Assembly: GCF_039207905.1 (NCBI RefSeq)
Contig: NZ_JBCECX010000007.1
Location: forward strand, 62,467-126,466
From: Cellvibrio sp.
Lineage (GTDB): Bacteria > Pseudomonadota > Gammaproteobacteria > Pseudomonadales > Cellvibrionaceae
Reading direction: 5' to 3'
Length of the DNA: 64,000 bases
The notes under the pieces are model-generated. The model did no database searches and was not told the DNA's origin. It saw only the letters and a program-made list of their open reading frames with translations. Position numbers and translations under genes: made by a program. Each line of letters opens with the position of its first letter. The first letter of the stretch is position 1. Positions 9,730 to 17,889 of this stretch are shown in pieces.

Positions 9730-10113
9730 GAAAATTAATTGAAACGAAAATAGTCACTCGACAGAGAGTGATTTTAATGCGCAGAAAAACAAATCCGGAT
9801 TGCCAATGAAAAAGTGTGAGGATAAAACAACAGGGCAATGACGAAATGACAGCAGACTATTGATTGATCGAAAACAACGCTTTGTTTAAGAGGATGCGCT
9901 TGCAGGGCAAACACCGGCAGCCAAGACCACAATAGCTCCGCACCTGTGATGCGCTTAGCCATCGACCCACTATGGATAAGACGTAATGTGGAACCCCACG
10001 CCGGTGGGCTTTTCGCTATAATCGCCAGCAACTACACGATTGCGCTAATAAATGGCCAACTGCGCCCGCCGCTACTGCCGGTGCAGATAACCTCTAATAA
10101 CCTAGAATTCGCT

Positions 10114-11607
10114 ATGCATAGCAAACCGCAACTCGGTTTCTGGCAGATATGGAACCTCTGCTTTGGCTTTTTCGGCATCCAATTCGGATTTGCCCTACAG
10201 AACGCCAATGTGAGCCGCATCTTTCAGATTCTCGGCGCGCCCATTGAAGAGATCCCCATCCTCTGGGTTGCTGCTCCCATCACCGGCCTGCTGATCCAGC
10301 CGGTTATCGGCTATATGAGCGATAAAACCTGGCATCGCAACGGCCGCCGCCGCCCCTATATTTTGTGCGGTGCGATTGCCGCAACCCTCGCACTGCTGGT
10401 GATGCCCAATTCCCCTGAACTCTGGATCGCCGCGGGCATGCTCTGGGTACTCGATGCCTCGCTCAATATCGCCCTCGCACCATCCATTGCGATGGTGAGC
10501 GATATGCTGCCAGACAAGCAGCGTTCGGCCGGATTTTCCATGCAGAGTTTTTTTATCGGTGTGAGCGCGGTGGTCGCATCGGCATTGCCGTGGATTTTGA
10601 ATAACTGGCTGGACATCGCCAACACCGCCCCGCAGGGCCATGTACCACCATCGGTGACTTATGCATTCTATATAGGCGCAGCAATTTTATTGCTCAGCCT
10701 GTTATGGTCAGCCTACAGCACACCCGAATACAGCCCGGAGCAGATGGCCACCTTCCAGCGCTGGCGCGATGAGCAAAAACTGGATGTGATCGAGCAGCAA
10801 TACACCGGCTTCTCGCGTTGGGGAACGATTTTTTTAGCCGCCGGGATTATCGCCACCGCATTAATCCCGATTGCCTCACTCGACCACAAACTCTATGTGC
10901 TCAGTCTTGGTGTTGTGTTGTTCGGGTTGCTACAACTCGCCGCTGGCACATTGCAAAACGCCGGTCGCACCGACAACGCGCTCTACCAGATTACCCGCGA
11001 TATGGTGCTGATGCCGCGCACCATGCGCCAGCTGGCAATCGTGCAATGCCTGTCCTGGTTTGCGTTATTTTCCATGTGGATTTACACCACTGCAGCGGTA
11101 ACCTCGCATCACTATCACAGCACCGATCCGACCTCCCTCGCCTACAATCAGGGCGCAGATTGGGTCGGTATTTTATTCGCCGCCTACAATGGCTTTGCTG
11201 CACTCGCCGCCGTTGCTATTCCACTACTGGTGCGCAAAACCAATCGCAAGATTACCCATATGATCAACCTGTGTTTCGGCGCGCTCGGCCTGATCTCATT
11301 TTTATTTATCGAAGATCCTCATTGGTTACTGCTGGCAATGGTTGGCGTCGGCTTCGCCTGGGCCTCTATTCTCGCCCTGCCCTTGGCGATGCTTACCAGC
11401 GCATTGCCACCCGCCAAGATGGGTGTGTATGCAGGAATTTATAATTTTTTTATTGTCATACCCCAGATACTCGCCTCCAGTATCCTTGCGCTGGTGGTGA
11501 GCAAATTCTTCGGTGGCCAACCGATTTACGCTATCGTCTGCGCCGGGGGCTTTATGATTCTTGCCGCTATCGCCACCGCATTTGTCGATGACACCAGCAA
11601 TAGCTAA
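10114..11607 (+). CDS. MFS permease of the GPH/SLC45 (sucrose/alpha-glucoside:H+ symporter-like) type
   Basis: Sequence GFWQIWNLCFGFFGIQFGFALQNANVSRIFQ...PITGLLIQPVIGYMSDKTW..GRRRPY, with about 12 predicted TM segments. The start was moved to the ATG at 10114 (MHSKPQLGFW). The ORF-track start at 9946 adds 56 non-membrane residues and is less likely. Confidence 0.8.
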   Translation: MHSKPQLGFWQIWNLCFGFFGIQFGFALQNANVSRIFQILGAPIEEIPILWVAAPITGLLIQPVIGYMSDKTWHRNGRRRPYILCGAIAATLALLVMPNSPELWIAAGMLWVLDASLNIALAPSIAMVSDMLPDKQRSAGFSMQSFFIGVSAVVASALPWILNNWLDIANTAPQGHVPPSVTYAFYIGAAILLLSLLWSAYSTPEYSPEQMATFQRWRDEQKLDVIEQQYTGFSRWGTIFLAAGIIATALIPIASLDHKLYVLSLGVVLFGLLQLAAGTLQNAGRTDNALYQITRDMVLMPRTMRQLAIVQCLSWFALFSMWIYTTAAVTSHHYHSTDPTSLAYNQGADWVGILFAAYNGFAALAAVAIPLLVRKTNRKITHMINLCFGALGLISFLFIEDPHWLLLAMVGVGFAWASILALPLAMLTSALPPAKMGVYAGIYNFFIVIPQILASSILALVVSKFFGGQPIYAIVCAGGFMILAAIATAFVDDTSNS

Positions 11608-11636
11608 ATTTTCTCGCCAGCACACAAGACACACCT

Positions 11637-12881
11637 ATGCCAGCCAGTATTGAAGCATTGATCAACAGTATTTATCGCAGCGAGTCGCGCCGTGTATTGG
11701 CGACCTTGATTCGCCTGCTAAAAGATTTTGATCTCGCCGAAGAAGCATTACAGGACGCATTCGCAGCCGCCATGCAGCAATGGCCACACGAAGGTGTACC
11801 GCAAAACCCGCGCGCCTGGCTGGTATCGACTGGTCGCTTCAAAGCGATTGACCAAATCCGCAAACGCGCGCGCTTTAATACCTCATGGGAAGACGTTGCC
11901 GAGCAATTGGAAGATGAGCTACACAGTGAGGACGCGGATTATTCTGAACTCCACATTGAAGATGACCAGCTGCGCCTGATATTCACCTGCTGCCACCCGA
12001 GCCTTGCGCCTGAAGCGCAAATGGCACTGACCCTGCGCGAAATTTGCGGGCTGACGACTGAGGCCATCGCGCGCGCCTTCCTCACTACGCCCAGCACACT
12101 CGCGCAACGTATAGTGCGCGCTAAAAATAAAATCCGCGATGCAAAAATTCCCTACGAAATTCCCGGCCGCAGCGAGTTACCCGAGCGGCTCGACGCAGTG
12201 CTGCATGTAATTTATTTAGTATTTAACGAAGGATATTCCGCTTCTTCCGGCAGCGAATTAACTCGGCAGGAATTGGCACAAGAGGCAATCCGGTTGGGGC
12301 GATTGCTCGCACAGCTACTACCGGAAGCAGAGGTGCTTGGACTGCTTGCGCTAATGCTGATCCAGGATTCACGCCACCATGCACGCATCGATAGCAACGG
12401 CGATTTGATTCGCTTGGAAGATCAGGATCGTCGTTTATGGAATCATGAACAAATTGCCGAAGGTTCAGCGCTCATCCAGCGCGCACTCAGCAGCAGTGAG
12501 GTTGATGTCTATTGCCTGCAAGCCGCCATAGCGGCGCTCCATGCCGAATCACCCAGTTTTGCCGACACCGATTGGAGTGAGATTTGTGGCTTCTACGATT
12601 TATTATTAGTCCGCAATCCATCGCCGGTGATTGAACTCAATCGCGCTGTAGCCATCGCCATGCGCGATGGTGCAGCAGCAGGCCTGACACTGGTCGATAG
12701 CTTGGTCGCACGCCAACAACTAACTGATTACTACCTGCTCCACGCCGCCCGCGCCGATTTGTTAGCCCAACTTGGGGAACTTGACGCCGCCAGTGCTGCC
12801 TATGCTATGGCGCTGGAATTAACCGATCAAGAACCTGAACGTCGGTTTCTGCGTAAAAAGCTGATGGACGTAAAACCGTAA
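11637..12881 (+). CDS. ECF sigma factor with a ~230-aa C-terminal TPR-like extension (COG4941 / ECF42-like)
   Basis: Sigma region 2 (RVLATLIRLLKDFDLAEEALQDAFAAA..PRAWLVSTGRFKAIDQIRK), region 4 HTH (ALTLREICGLTTEAIARAFLTTPSTLAQRIVRAKNKI) and a long helical C-terminal extension. No adjacent anti-sigma gene. Confidence 0.8.
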   Translation: MPASIEALINSIYRSESRRVLATLIRLLKDFDLAEEALQDAFAAAMQQWPHEGVPQNPRAWLVSTGRFKAIDQIRKRARFNTSWEDVAEQLEDELHSEDADYSELHIEDDQLRLIFTCCHPSLAPEAQMALTLREICGLTTEAIARAFLTTPSTLAQRIVRAKNKIRDAKIPYEIPGRSELPERLDAVLHVIYLVFNEGYSASSGSELTRQELAQEAIRLGRLLAQLLPEAEVLGLLALMLIQDSRHHARIDSNGDLIRLEDQDRRLWNHEQIAEGSALIQRALSSSEVDVYCLQAAIAALHAESPSFADTDWSEICGFYDLLLVRNPSPVIELNRAVAIAMRDGAAAGLTLVDSLVARQQLTDYYLLHAARADLLAQLGELDAASAAYAMALELTDQEPERRFLRKKLMDVKP

Positions 12882-12997
12882 CAACAAACTCGCACAATGT
12901 GATCCCGAGTATGCGGTTTTAAGTTTCATTTAAGTATTGGGCGATACACTCATACGACCAGCAGATTTCAGCATTCATCCTTGTAGGGCGATACATT

Positions 12998-13342
12998 GTG
13001 CACACCTTCAATACCCCCATATTTGAAGTAGCCCCCTATGCCACCTTCGGCATCTTGTTGTTGATGGTGTGCAGTACCGCTTACTTGCGCCGTCTGATAC
13101 TCAACTACACCCAAAAAAAACTCCCGCAGTGTTTTAACGAATTTAAGCTCTACGAAGAAGATCAAGACGAAACCTCCACCCTATCGTTATACCGCTACAT
13201 AACCTCCAATCGATTCCAGCAGACCAATGATCCAGTGTTCATCGGCATGTGCCAGCGTTATATGCGCTGGGGGCAGTTGTTTATTCTGTTTTTTGTAGTC
13301 GCAGCTATTGTTGATATTGGATTTATCTTCCACGTGCTCTGA
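12998..13342 (+). CDS. Hypothetical small membrane protein (two predicted TM helices)
   Basis: Only an ORF with a non-ATG start and two hydrophobic stretches (YATFGILLLMVCSTAYL and LFILFFVVAAIVDIGFIF). No recognisable family. Confidence 0.35.
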   Translation: MHTFNTPIFEVAPYATFGILLLMVCSTAYLRRLILNYTQKKLPQCFNEFKLYEEDQDETSTLSLYRYITSNRFQQTNDPVFIGMCQRYMRWGQLFILFFVVAAIVDIGFIFHVL

Positions 13343-13396
13343 CTGAGCTAGAATAATCAACACCTCAATTTGGTAGCTGTACTGCGGAGCAAATAG

Positions 13397-14062
13397 ATGC
13401 GGATCCTATTGATCGAAGACGATCAAATGATTGGAGAATCAGTTTCCGAAAGCCTGAAAAACTCCGGTTACGCAGTTGACTGGGTAAAGGATGGCAACTC
13501 TGGTCTCAACGCCATTTCTTGCCAACAATACGATCTGCTATTACTCGATTTGGGACTGCCGCAAAAAGATGGCATCGATGTTTTGCGCACAATTCGAAAG
13601 CAGCAATCCCCCCTTCCCGTCATTGTACTCACTGCACGCGATGCACTCGAAGACCGCATTGTCGGGTTGGATGCAGGAGCAGATGACTATCTGGTAAAAC
13701 CCTTCGCGCTAGGCGAGTTAAATGCACGCATGCACGCAGTGCTGCGACGCCAATCAAACAACTCTGGCCCACATCTGGGCAATGGTATTATCTCGCTTGA
13801 TCCCGTCACTCGTGAAGCCTGCCTTACGGGCGCTACGCCGCTCCGGTTATCTGCGCGCGAATTCGCATTGCTGCAAGCGCTGCTGGTTCGCCCTGGCGCA
13901 ATTCTCTCTCGCGCAGACTTAGAAGAAAAAATTTATGCTTGGGGTGATGAAGTGGAAAGTAATGCGATTGAGTTTTTTATCCACTCATTACGTAAAAAAT
14001 TTGGCAGTGACATCATCAAGAATGTTCGGGGGCTGGGGTGGATGGTAGCAAAAGCAAGCTGA
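13397..14062 (+). CDS. OmpR-family response regulator (PmrA/BasR/QseB-like)
   Basis: Receiver domain (MRILLIEDD..LLLLDLGLP..KPF) plus a winged-helix output domain (LSAREFALLQALL..VESNAIEFFIHSLRKK). Confidence 0.9.
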   Translation: MRILLIEDDQMIGESVSESLKNSGYAVDWVKDGNSGLNAISCQQYDLLLLDLGLPQKDGIDVLRTIRKQQSPLPVIVLTARDALEDRIVGLDAGADDYLVKPFALGELNARMHAVLRRQSNNSGPHLGNGIISLDPVTREACLTGATPLRLSAREFALLQALLVRPGAILSRADLEEKIYAWGDEVESNAIEFFIHSLRKKFGSDIIKNVRGLGWMVAKAS

Positions 14063-15387
14063 GCAATTCGTTACAGTTTCGCCTATCGGTAGGTACAGCG
14101 ATTGCCATTTTGGTTGTCGCTCTGATCTCCGGTTTGTTTTCGTATTGGTGGGCATTCGAAGAAGCCATAGAACTGCAAGATGAGCAGCTTATCCGTTTGG
14201 CCGCGCTAGCAAATCGCCAACAAATTGTGCAACCCGCCGCAAATACACCCATTGAAATATCACGCGCAGATCCTGAATCACATTTTGTAGTGCAGTGGCT
14301 TGGCAATGCCAACACAGATGATGCAGTTGAGCTACCTGGCCTGCCTGAAAACTTACAAGACGGTTTACAAACTCATCAAGTGCAAAACACTTATTGGCGC
14401 ATACTGGTAAAAACATTTAATCATGGTGGGCGTGTAGTTGTTGCACAACAAACAGAGGTGCGTGATGAGATAGCGCGCACCAGCGCACTAAATACTCTCG
14501 TCCCACTTATTATTTTAATACCGCTGCTACTGATCTGGGTTGCCTATCTAATCCGCCAAGCTTTTGCGCCATTAAAAAAAATGGCACAACAGCTCGACCA
14601 GAGTAACGACAATAATTTAACCGCATTACCTGACCATAATTTAGCATCTGAAATCGCTCCATTTATAGGTGCAATTAACCACTTGCTTGCACGCGTACGC
14701 GACTCAATTGCACAACAGCGACAATTCGTGCGCGATGCCGCCCATGAACTCAGATCGCCGCTCACCGCTATCTCATTGCAAGCTGAACGCTTGGTGGAGC
14801 TGAGCCCAGACAAAGAAGACCTGCACACCAGACTCATTAATTTACACCGAGCCACTGAACGCACTCGCGTACTTATCGAGCAACTATTGACCATGGCAAG
14901 GGCACAGGATAATCAGATATCCGTGGGAAAAATGCTTTCCATTAAAGCCTTGCTGCGCGAGCTGTTGGAAGATCTTTTACCATTAGCGAATGTTAAAAAA
15001 ATTGATGTAGCAGTGATTGGCAATGACGTCCAGGTTTATAGCCAGCCAATTGATCTGCAAATACTTATTAAAAATTTAATCGAAAATGCCATCCACTACA
15101 CGCCAAAAAATGGGCATATTGAAATCATCTTAACCGACCATGGGGACAGCACAGAACTTTGTATATGTGATTCGGGACCAGGCATTGCACTTGCTGAACA
15201 AGAGCGAGTATTTGATCCCTTTTACCGGGTACTAGGTAATGACCAACCCGGCTCGGGGCTCGGACTATCAATCGTTCGCACAATCGCCACCAGACTAAAC
15301 ATCAAGGTAACACTTAATAATAATGACGCCGCAGAAAAAACCGGGCTATGCGCTCGCGTAATGTTTCCGCACACATCACTGAAATAA
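14038..15387 (+). CDS. Sensor histidine kinase (PmrB/BasS/QseC-like)
   Basis: Two TM segments, H-box AAHELRSPLTAI, N box LIENAIHYTP, and G boxes DSGPGI and GSGLGLSIV. It overlaps the response-regulator stop by 25 nt. The start codon (GTG) is uncertain. Confidence 0.85.
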   Translation: MDGSKSKLSNSLQFRLSVGTAIAILVVALISGLFSYWWAFEEAIELQDEQLIRLAALANRQQIVQPAANTPIEISRADPESHFVVQWLGNANTDDAVELPGLPENLQDGLQTHQVQNTYWRILVKTFNHGGRVVVAQQTEVRDEIARTSALNTLVPLIILIPLLLIWVAYLIRQAFAPLKKMAQQLDQSNDNNLTALPDHNLASEIAPFIGAINHLLARVRDSIAQQRQFVRDAAHELRSPLTAISLQAERLVELSPDKEDLHTRLINLHRATERTRVLIEQLLTMARAQDNQISVGKMLSIKALLRELLEDLLPLANVKKIDVAVIGNDVQVYSQPIDLQILIKNLIENAIHYTPKNGHIEIILTDHGDSTELCICDSGPGIALAEQERVFDPFYRVLGNDQPGSGLGLSIVRTIATRLNIKVTLNNNDAAEKTGLCARVMFPHTSLK

Positions 15388-15394
15388 TAGTTGC

Positions 15395-17050
15395 CTAGGT
15401 TGCTTTCCTGCAGGATCTGACTATATCTAACTCGGGGTTATAAATATCGGTCTGTAAGTTAAGCATGCTTAAAATGGTATGAAAGAAATAATCATGCGAG
15501 TAAGTATTACCAGCACCCACTCTTTCTAAACAAGGCCTATCAATATGATTTTCTGTTTGATAGGCAGCAGAAAGCCACATAAAAAGCGGTATTTGAGTTT
15601 GCTCCTTGGGGGCAATTGAATAGGGCATACCATGCAAATATAATCCCGATTCGCCAAGCGATTCCCCATGGTCAGAAAGATAAATTAATGCCGTATTATA
15701 TTTATCCCCCCGCTCCTTTAACCATTCAATAGTTTTATTGAGAAAATAATCCGTATAGCGGATCGTATTATCATAAGCATTCACAACTTCTTCATGTGTG
15801 CAATTTTGCAATTGATTAGTTGTGCACACCGGACTAAAAAATGTTTTGTCGTGCGGATAACGCTTGTAATAATCGGGACCATGACTCCCTTTCTGGTGCA
15901 GCACAATTACTTGGCTTGCAGCTGAAGAAGCAACCTTATCACCCAATTGATGCAGCAAAATTTCATCGAAACACTCTTCACTATTACACAGTAATGGCAC
16001 TTGTAAATGCTGCACATCTTCATAAGTGACCTGCGCGCAAGTGCCTTTACAGCTTGAATTGTTATCTCGCCACAACACCTCAATACCTGCCCGCTTAATT
16101 ACATCTAAAAGACCTTCTTGCGATTTAGCTTTAGTGTCCGAATAGTTGTCATGCCCCAAAGCAGAAAACATGCACGGCACGGACACAGCCGTTTCGGTAC
16201 CGCAGGATATGACGCTAGGGAAGTTAACAATATGTTGCTGTGCGATAAGCGGGGTTGTGTCGCGCCCATAACCATTAATACCAAAGTGATCAGCACGAGC
16301 TGTCTCACCCACAACCAAAATTAACAAAGTAGGTTTTTCTTGTGCTTTTCCCAGTGGACTCAGCGTCACATCAACACCTATAGGTTTTATCTCCAAAACT
16401 CGATTGTTCGTTGTTGCATATGAAAGTCCGGCATAAATGAAATTCAATGGATTAGCCATCTGGCGAATATTTTTATGGTTACGAAAGAAAGAGGCATAAT
16501 CCATAGACATACTTAAAATCAGTATTAAACAACTGACGAAAGCAACCACTATAAATTTTAACTTACGCCATATCTCCACCTTTAATTTTTCATAGCTTAT
16601 ACGAACGTTAAAGAGTAAGAGAGAGGGGAAAATCCCCAACACCAGAAAATACAGAACAAGACGTAAACTCAGAAGATCCAAAGATTCAGAGAAGTCGGTT
16701 TCTGCCACACTCTGAATCATCATACGATGAATAACCACACCGTAAGTGCCCATAAAATAAGAAACACCTGCTGACGTAATCAGCAGTACCGATAACACAG
16801 GCTTAAACACATAGGGAAATGTTATTAAAGAAATGACTATAAATGTTAGCAGCCACAACACAATGCTAAGGTTAATAATAAAAATTATGCCTCTCAGACT
16901 GCCGTAGTCGATAAGATGAAAAATCGCACCAAAAAACGAAGTATTGTAAAAGGCAATAAAACAGAGCGCAGATATCCATGCAGCCTGGATAGAACTCACA
17001 CCTGTCCCAATCCTTACAGATCGTGCCGACATCAATATACTCAAAGACAT
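15395..17050 (-). CDS. eptA: Lipid A phosphoethanolamine transferase (EptA/PmrC/MCR family)
   Basis: Five N-terminal TM helices plus a sulfatase-fold periplasmic domain carrying LILVVGETARADHF (nucleophile Thr motif) and IYLSDHGESLGE. Size is 551 aa. Confidence 0.85.
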   Translation of the reverse strand: MSLSILMSARSVRIGTGVSSIQAAWISALCFIAFYNTSFFGAIFHLIDYGSLRGIIFIINLSIVLWLLTFIVISLITFPYVFKPVLSVLLITSAGVSYFMGTYGVVIHRMMIQSVAETDFSESLDLLSLRLVLYFLVLGIFPSLLLFNVRISYEKLKVEIWRKLKFIVVAFVSCLILILSMSMDYASFFRNHKNIRQMANPLNFIYAGLSYATTNNRVLEIKPIGVDVTLSPLGKAQEKPTLLILVVGETARADHFGINGYGRDTTPLIAQQHIVNFPSVISCGTETAVSVPCMFSALGHDNYSDTKAKSQEGLLDVIKRAGIEVLWRDNNSSCKGTCAQVTYEDVQHLQVPLLCNSEECFDEILLHQLGDKVASSAASQVIVLHQKGSHGPDYYKRYPHDKTFFSPVCTTNQLQNCTHEEVVNAYDNTIRYTDYFLNKTIEWLKERGDKYNTALIYLSDHGESLGESGLYLHGMPYSIAPKEQTQIPLFMWLSAAYQTENHIDRPCLERVGAGNTYSHDYFFHTILSMLNLQTDIYNPELDIVRSCRKAT

Positions 17051-17757
17051 GGCACCACCTCGCCCACATGTTGTTTAGCAGGCGCACCGAAAAAACAGAA
17101 AAAAAGCGTTAGCGAAAAAAACCAACAAATCGCCGCAGACCATAAATCGTGAGAAATGAAATGCGCTCCGCGGATTTGCTGGGCGAGCCCAAGAACACTT
17201 CCGGCAATCAAGGGAAGCACTAGTCCCAGCCAGCGCCATTTTGAGCAACAGTAAACACCAAAAAAATAACAGGATATCCACGCGTAACCCGCACTTGCCT
17301 GCCCTGCGGGAAAGCATCCACTACCATTACGCTGAAAAAGTTGATCGACAACACCGAGATAGGGAAGATCGCCACCATAGCGATAGAATTCCCATGGGCA
17401 AGATACGGCTAGTAGTGCTTTCAAACAGCTAATGAGTAAGCTGCTGCCAGCAGTAGCCAGAAATAAATAAAATAATGGTTTTTTTAACGATTGAAGAGTG
17501 GAAATGAAATGCGATGCAACCAAAAATACTAATAGAAGTAACAATAGAAAAAGGGAGATGTTACGCCCGCCGCGATGGAAAAACGTTTCAGTAATCCAAT
17601 GGTCTTTCCATGCCCAGCTATTGCCTTGAATACCGTAGAAATAATCTGCCAAGCCTCGATCTACGTCACCAACAGTGATGCAGATTGAAGCCAGACACAA
17701 AGCAAGCAACGGAAATAAAAGATGTGTGATTAGCCATCTATCAATATTAGCGACCAT
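17041..17757 (-). CDS. PAP2-superfamily membrane protein (divergent motifs), translationally coupled to eptA
   Basis: Polytopic membrane protein with PAP2-like motifs (KALLAVSCPW, CFPAGQASAGY, RGAHFISHD). Its stop overlaps the eptA start by 10 nt. Confidence 0.7.
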   Translation of the reverse strand: MVANIDRWLITHLLFPLLALCLASICITVGDVDRGLADYFYGIQGNSWAWKDHWITETFFHRGGRNISLFLLLLLLVFLVASHFISTLQSLKKPLFYLFLATAGSSLLISCLKALLAVSCPWEFYRYGGDLPYLGVVDQLFQRNGSGCFPAGQASAGYAWISCYFFGVYCCSKWRWLGLVLPLIAGSVLGLAQQIRGAHFISHDLWSAAICWFFSLTLFFCFFGAPAKQHVGEVVPCL

Positions 17758-17800
17758 AACTCATACCAATATGTAAGAGTTGGCGAGCTTAAAGTAGAAG

Positions 17801-17817
17801 ACTTAGCTATCACTTAG
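17801..17817 (-). promoter_or_regulatory. Direct hexamer repeat, CTAAGT-N5-CTAAGT on the minus strand: candidate OmpR/PmrA-type response-regulator box upstream of pap2-eptA
   Basis: The plus strand reads acttag-ctatc-acttag. The repeat has 11-bp periodicity and lies 45-60 nt upstream of the pap2 ATG. Confidence 0.4.
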
Positions 17818-17889
17818 GAAATGGTCACAACTTGAATAGCCGTGACCTTGATTAAAATACCCTCTCGTATTACTTAACATTCACTGATT

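Noticed and set aside
9946-10113. 56-codon N-terminal extension of the SLC45-like MFS gene (ORF-track start).
   Set aside because: The extension has no TM segments or conserved motifs. The conserved MFS N-terminus begins at MHSKPQLGFW (ATG 10114). It remains possible but is less likely.
11583-11588. TGTCGA hexamer just upstream of the ECF sigma gene, considered as a possible autoregulatory ECF42 promoter.
   Set aside because: No CG[A/T]C element follows at 16-18 nt. A single hexamer is expected by chance.
12939-12995. 10-mer direct repeat GGGCGATACA (12939-12948 and 12986-12995) upstream of the small membrane ORF and the two-component system.
   Set aside because: It is only marginally above chance expectation, no known regulator motif matches it, and the adjacent ORF itself is doubtful.
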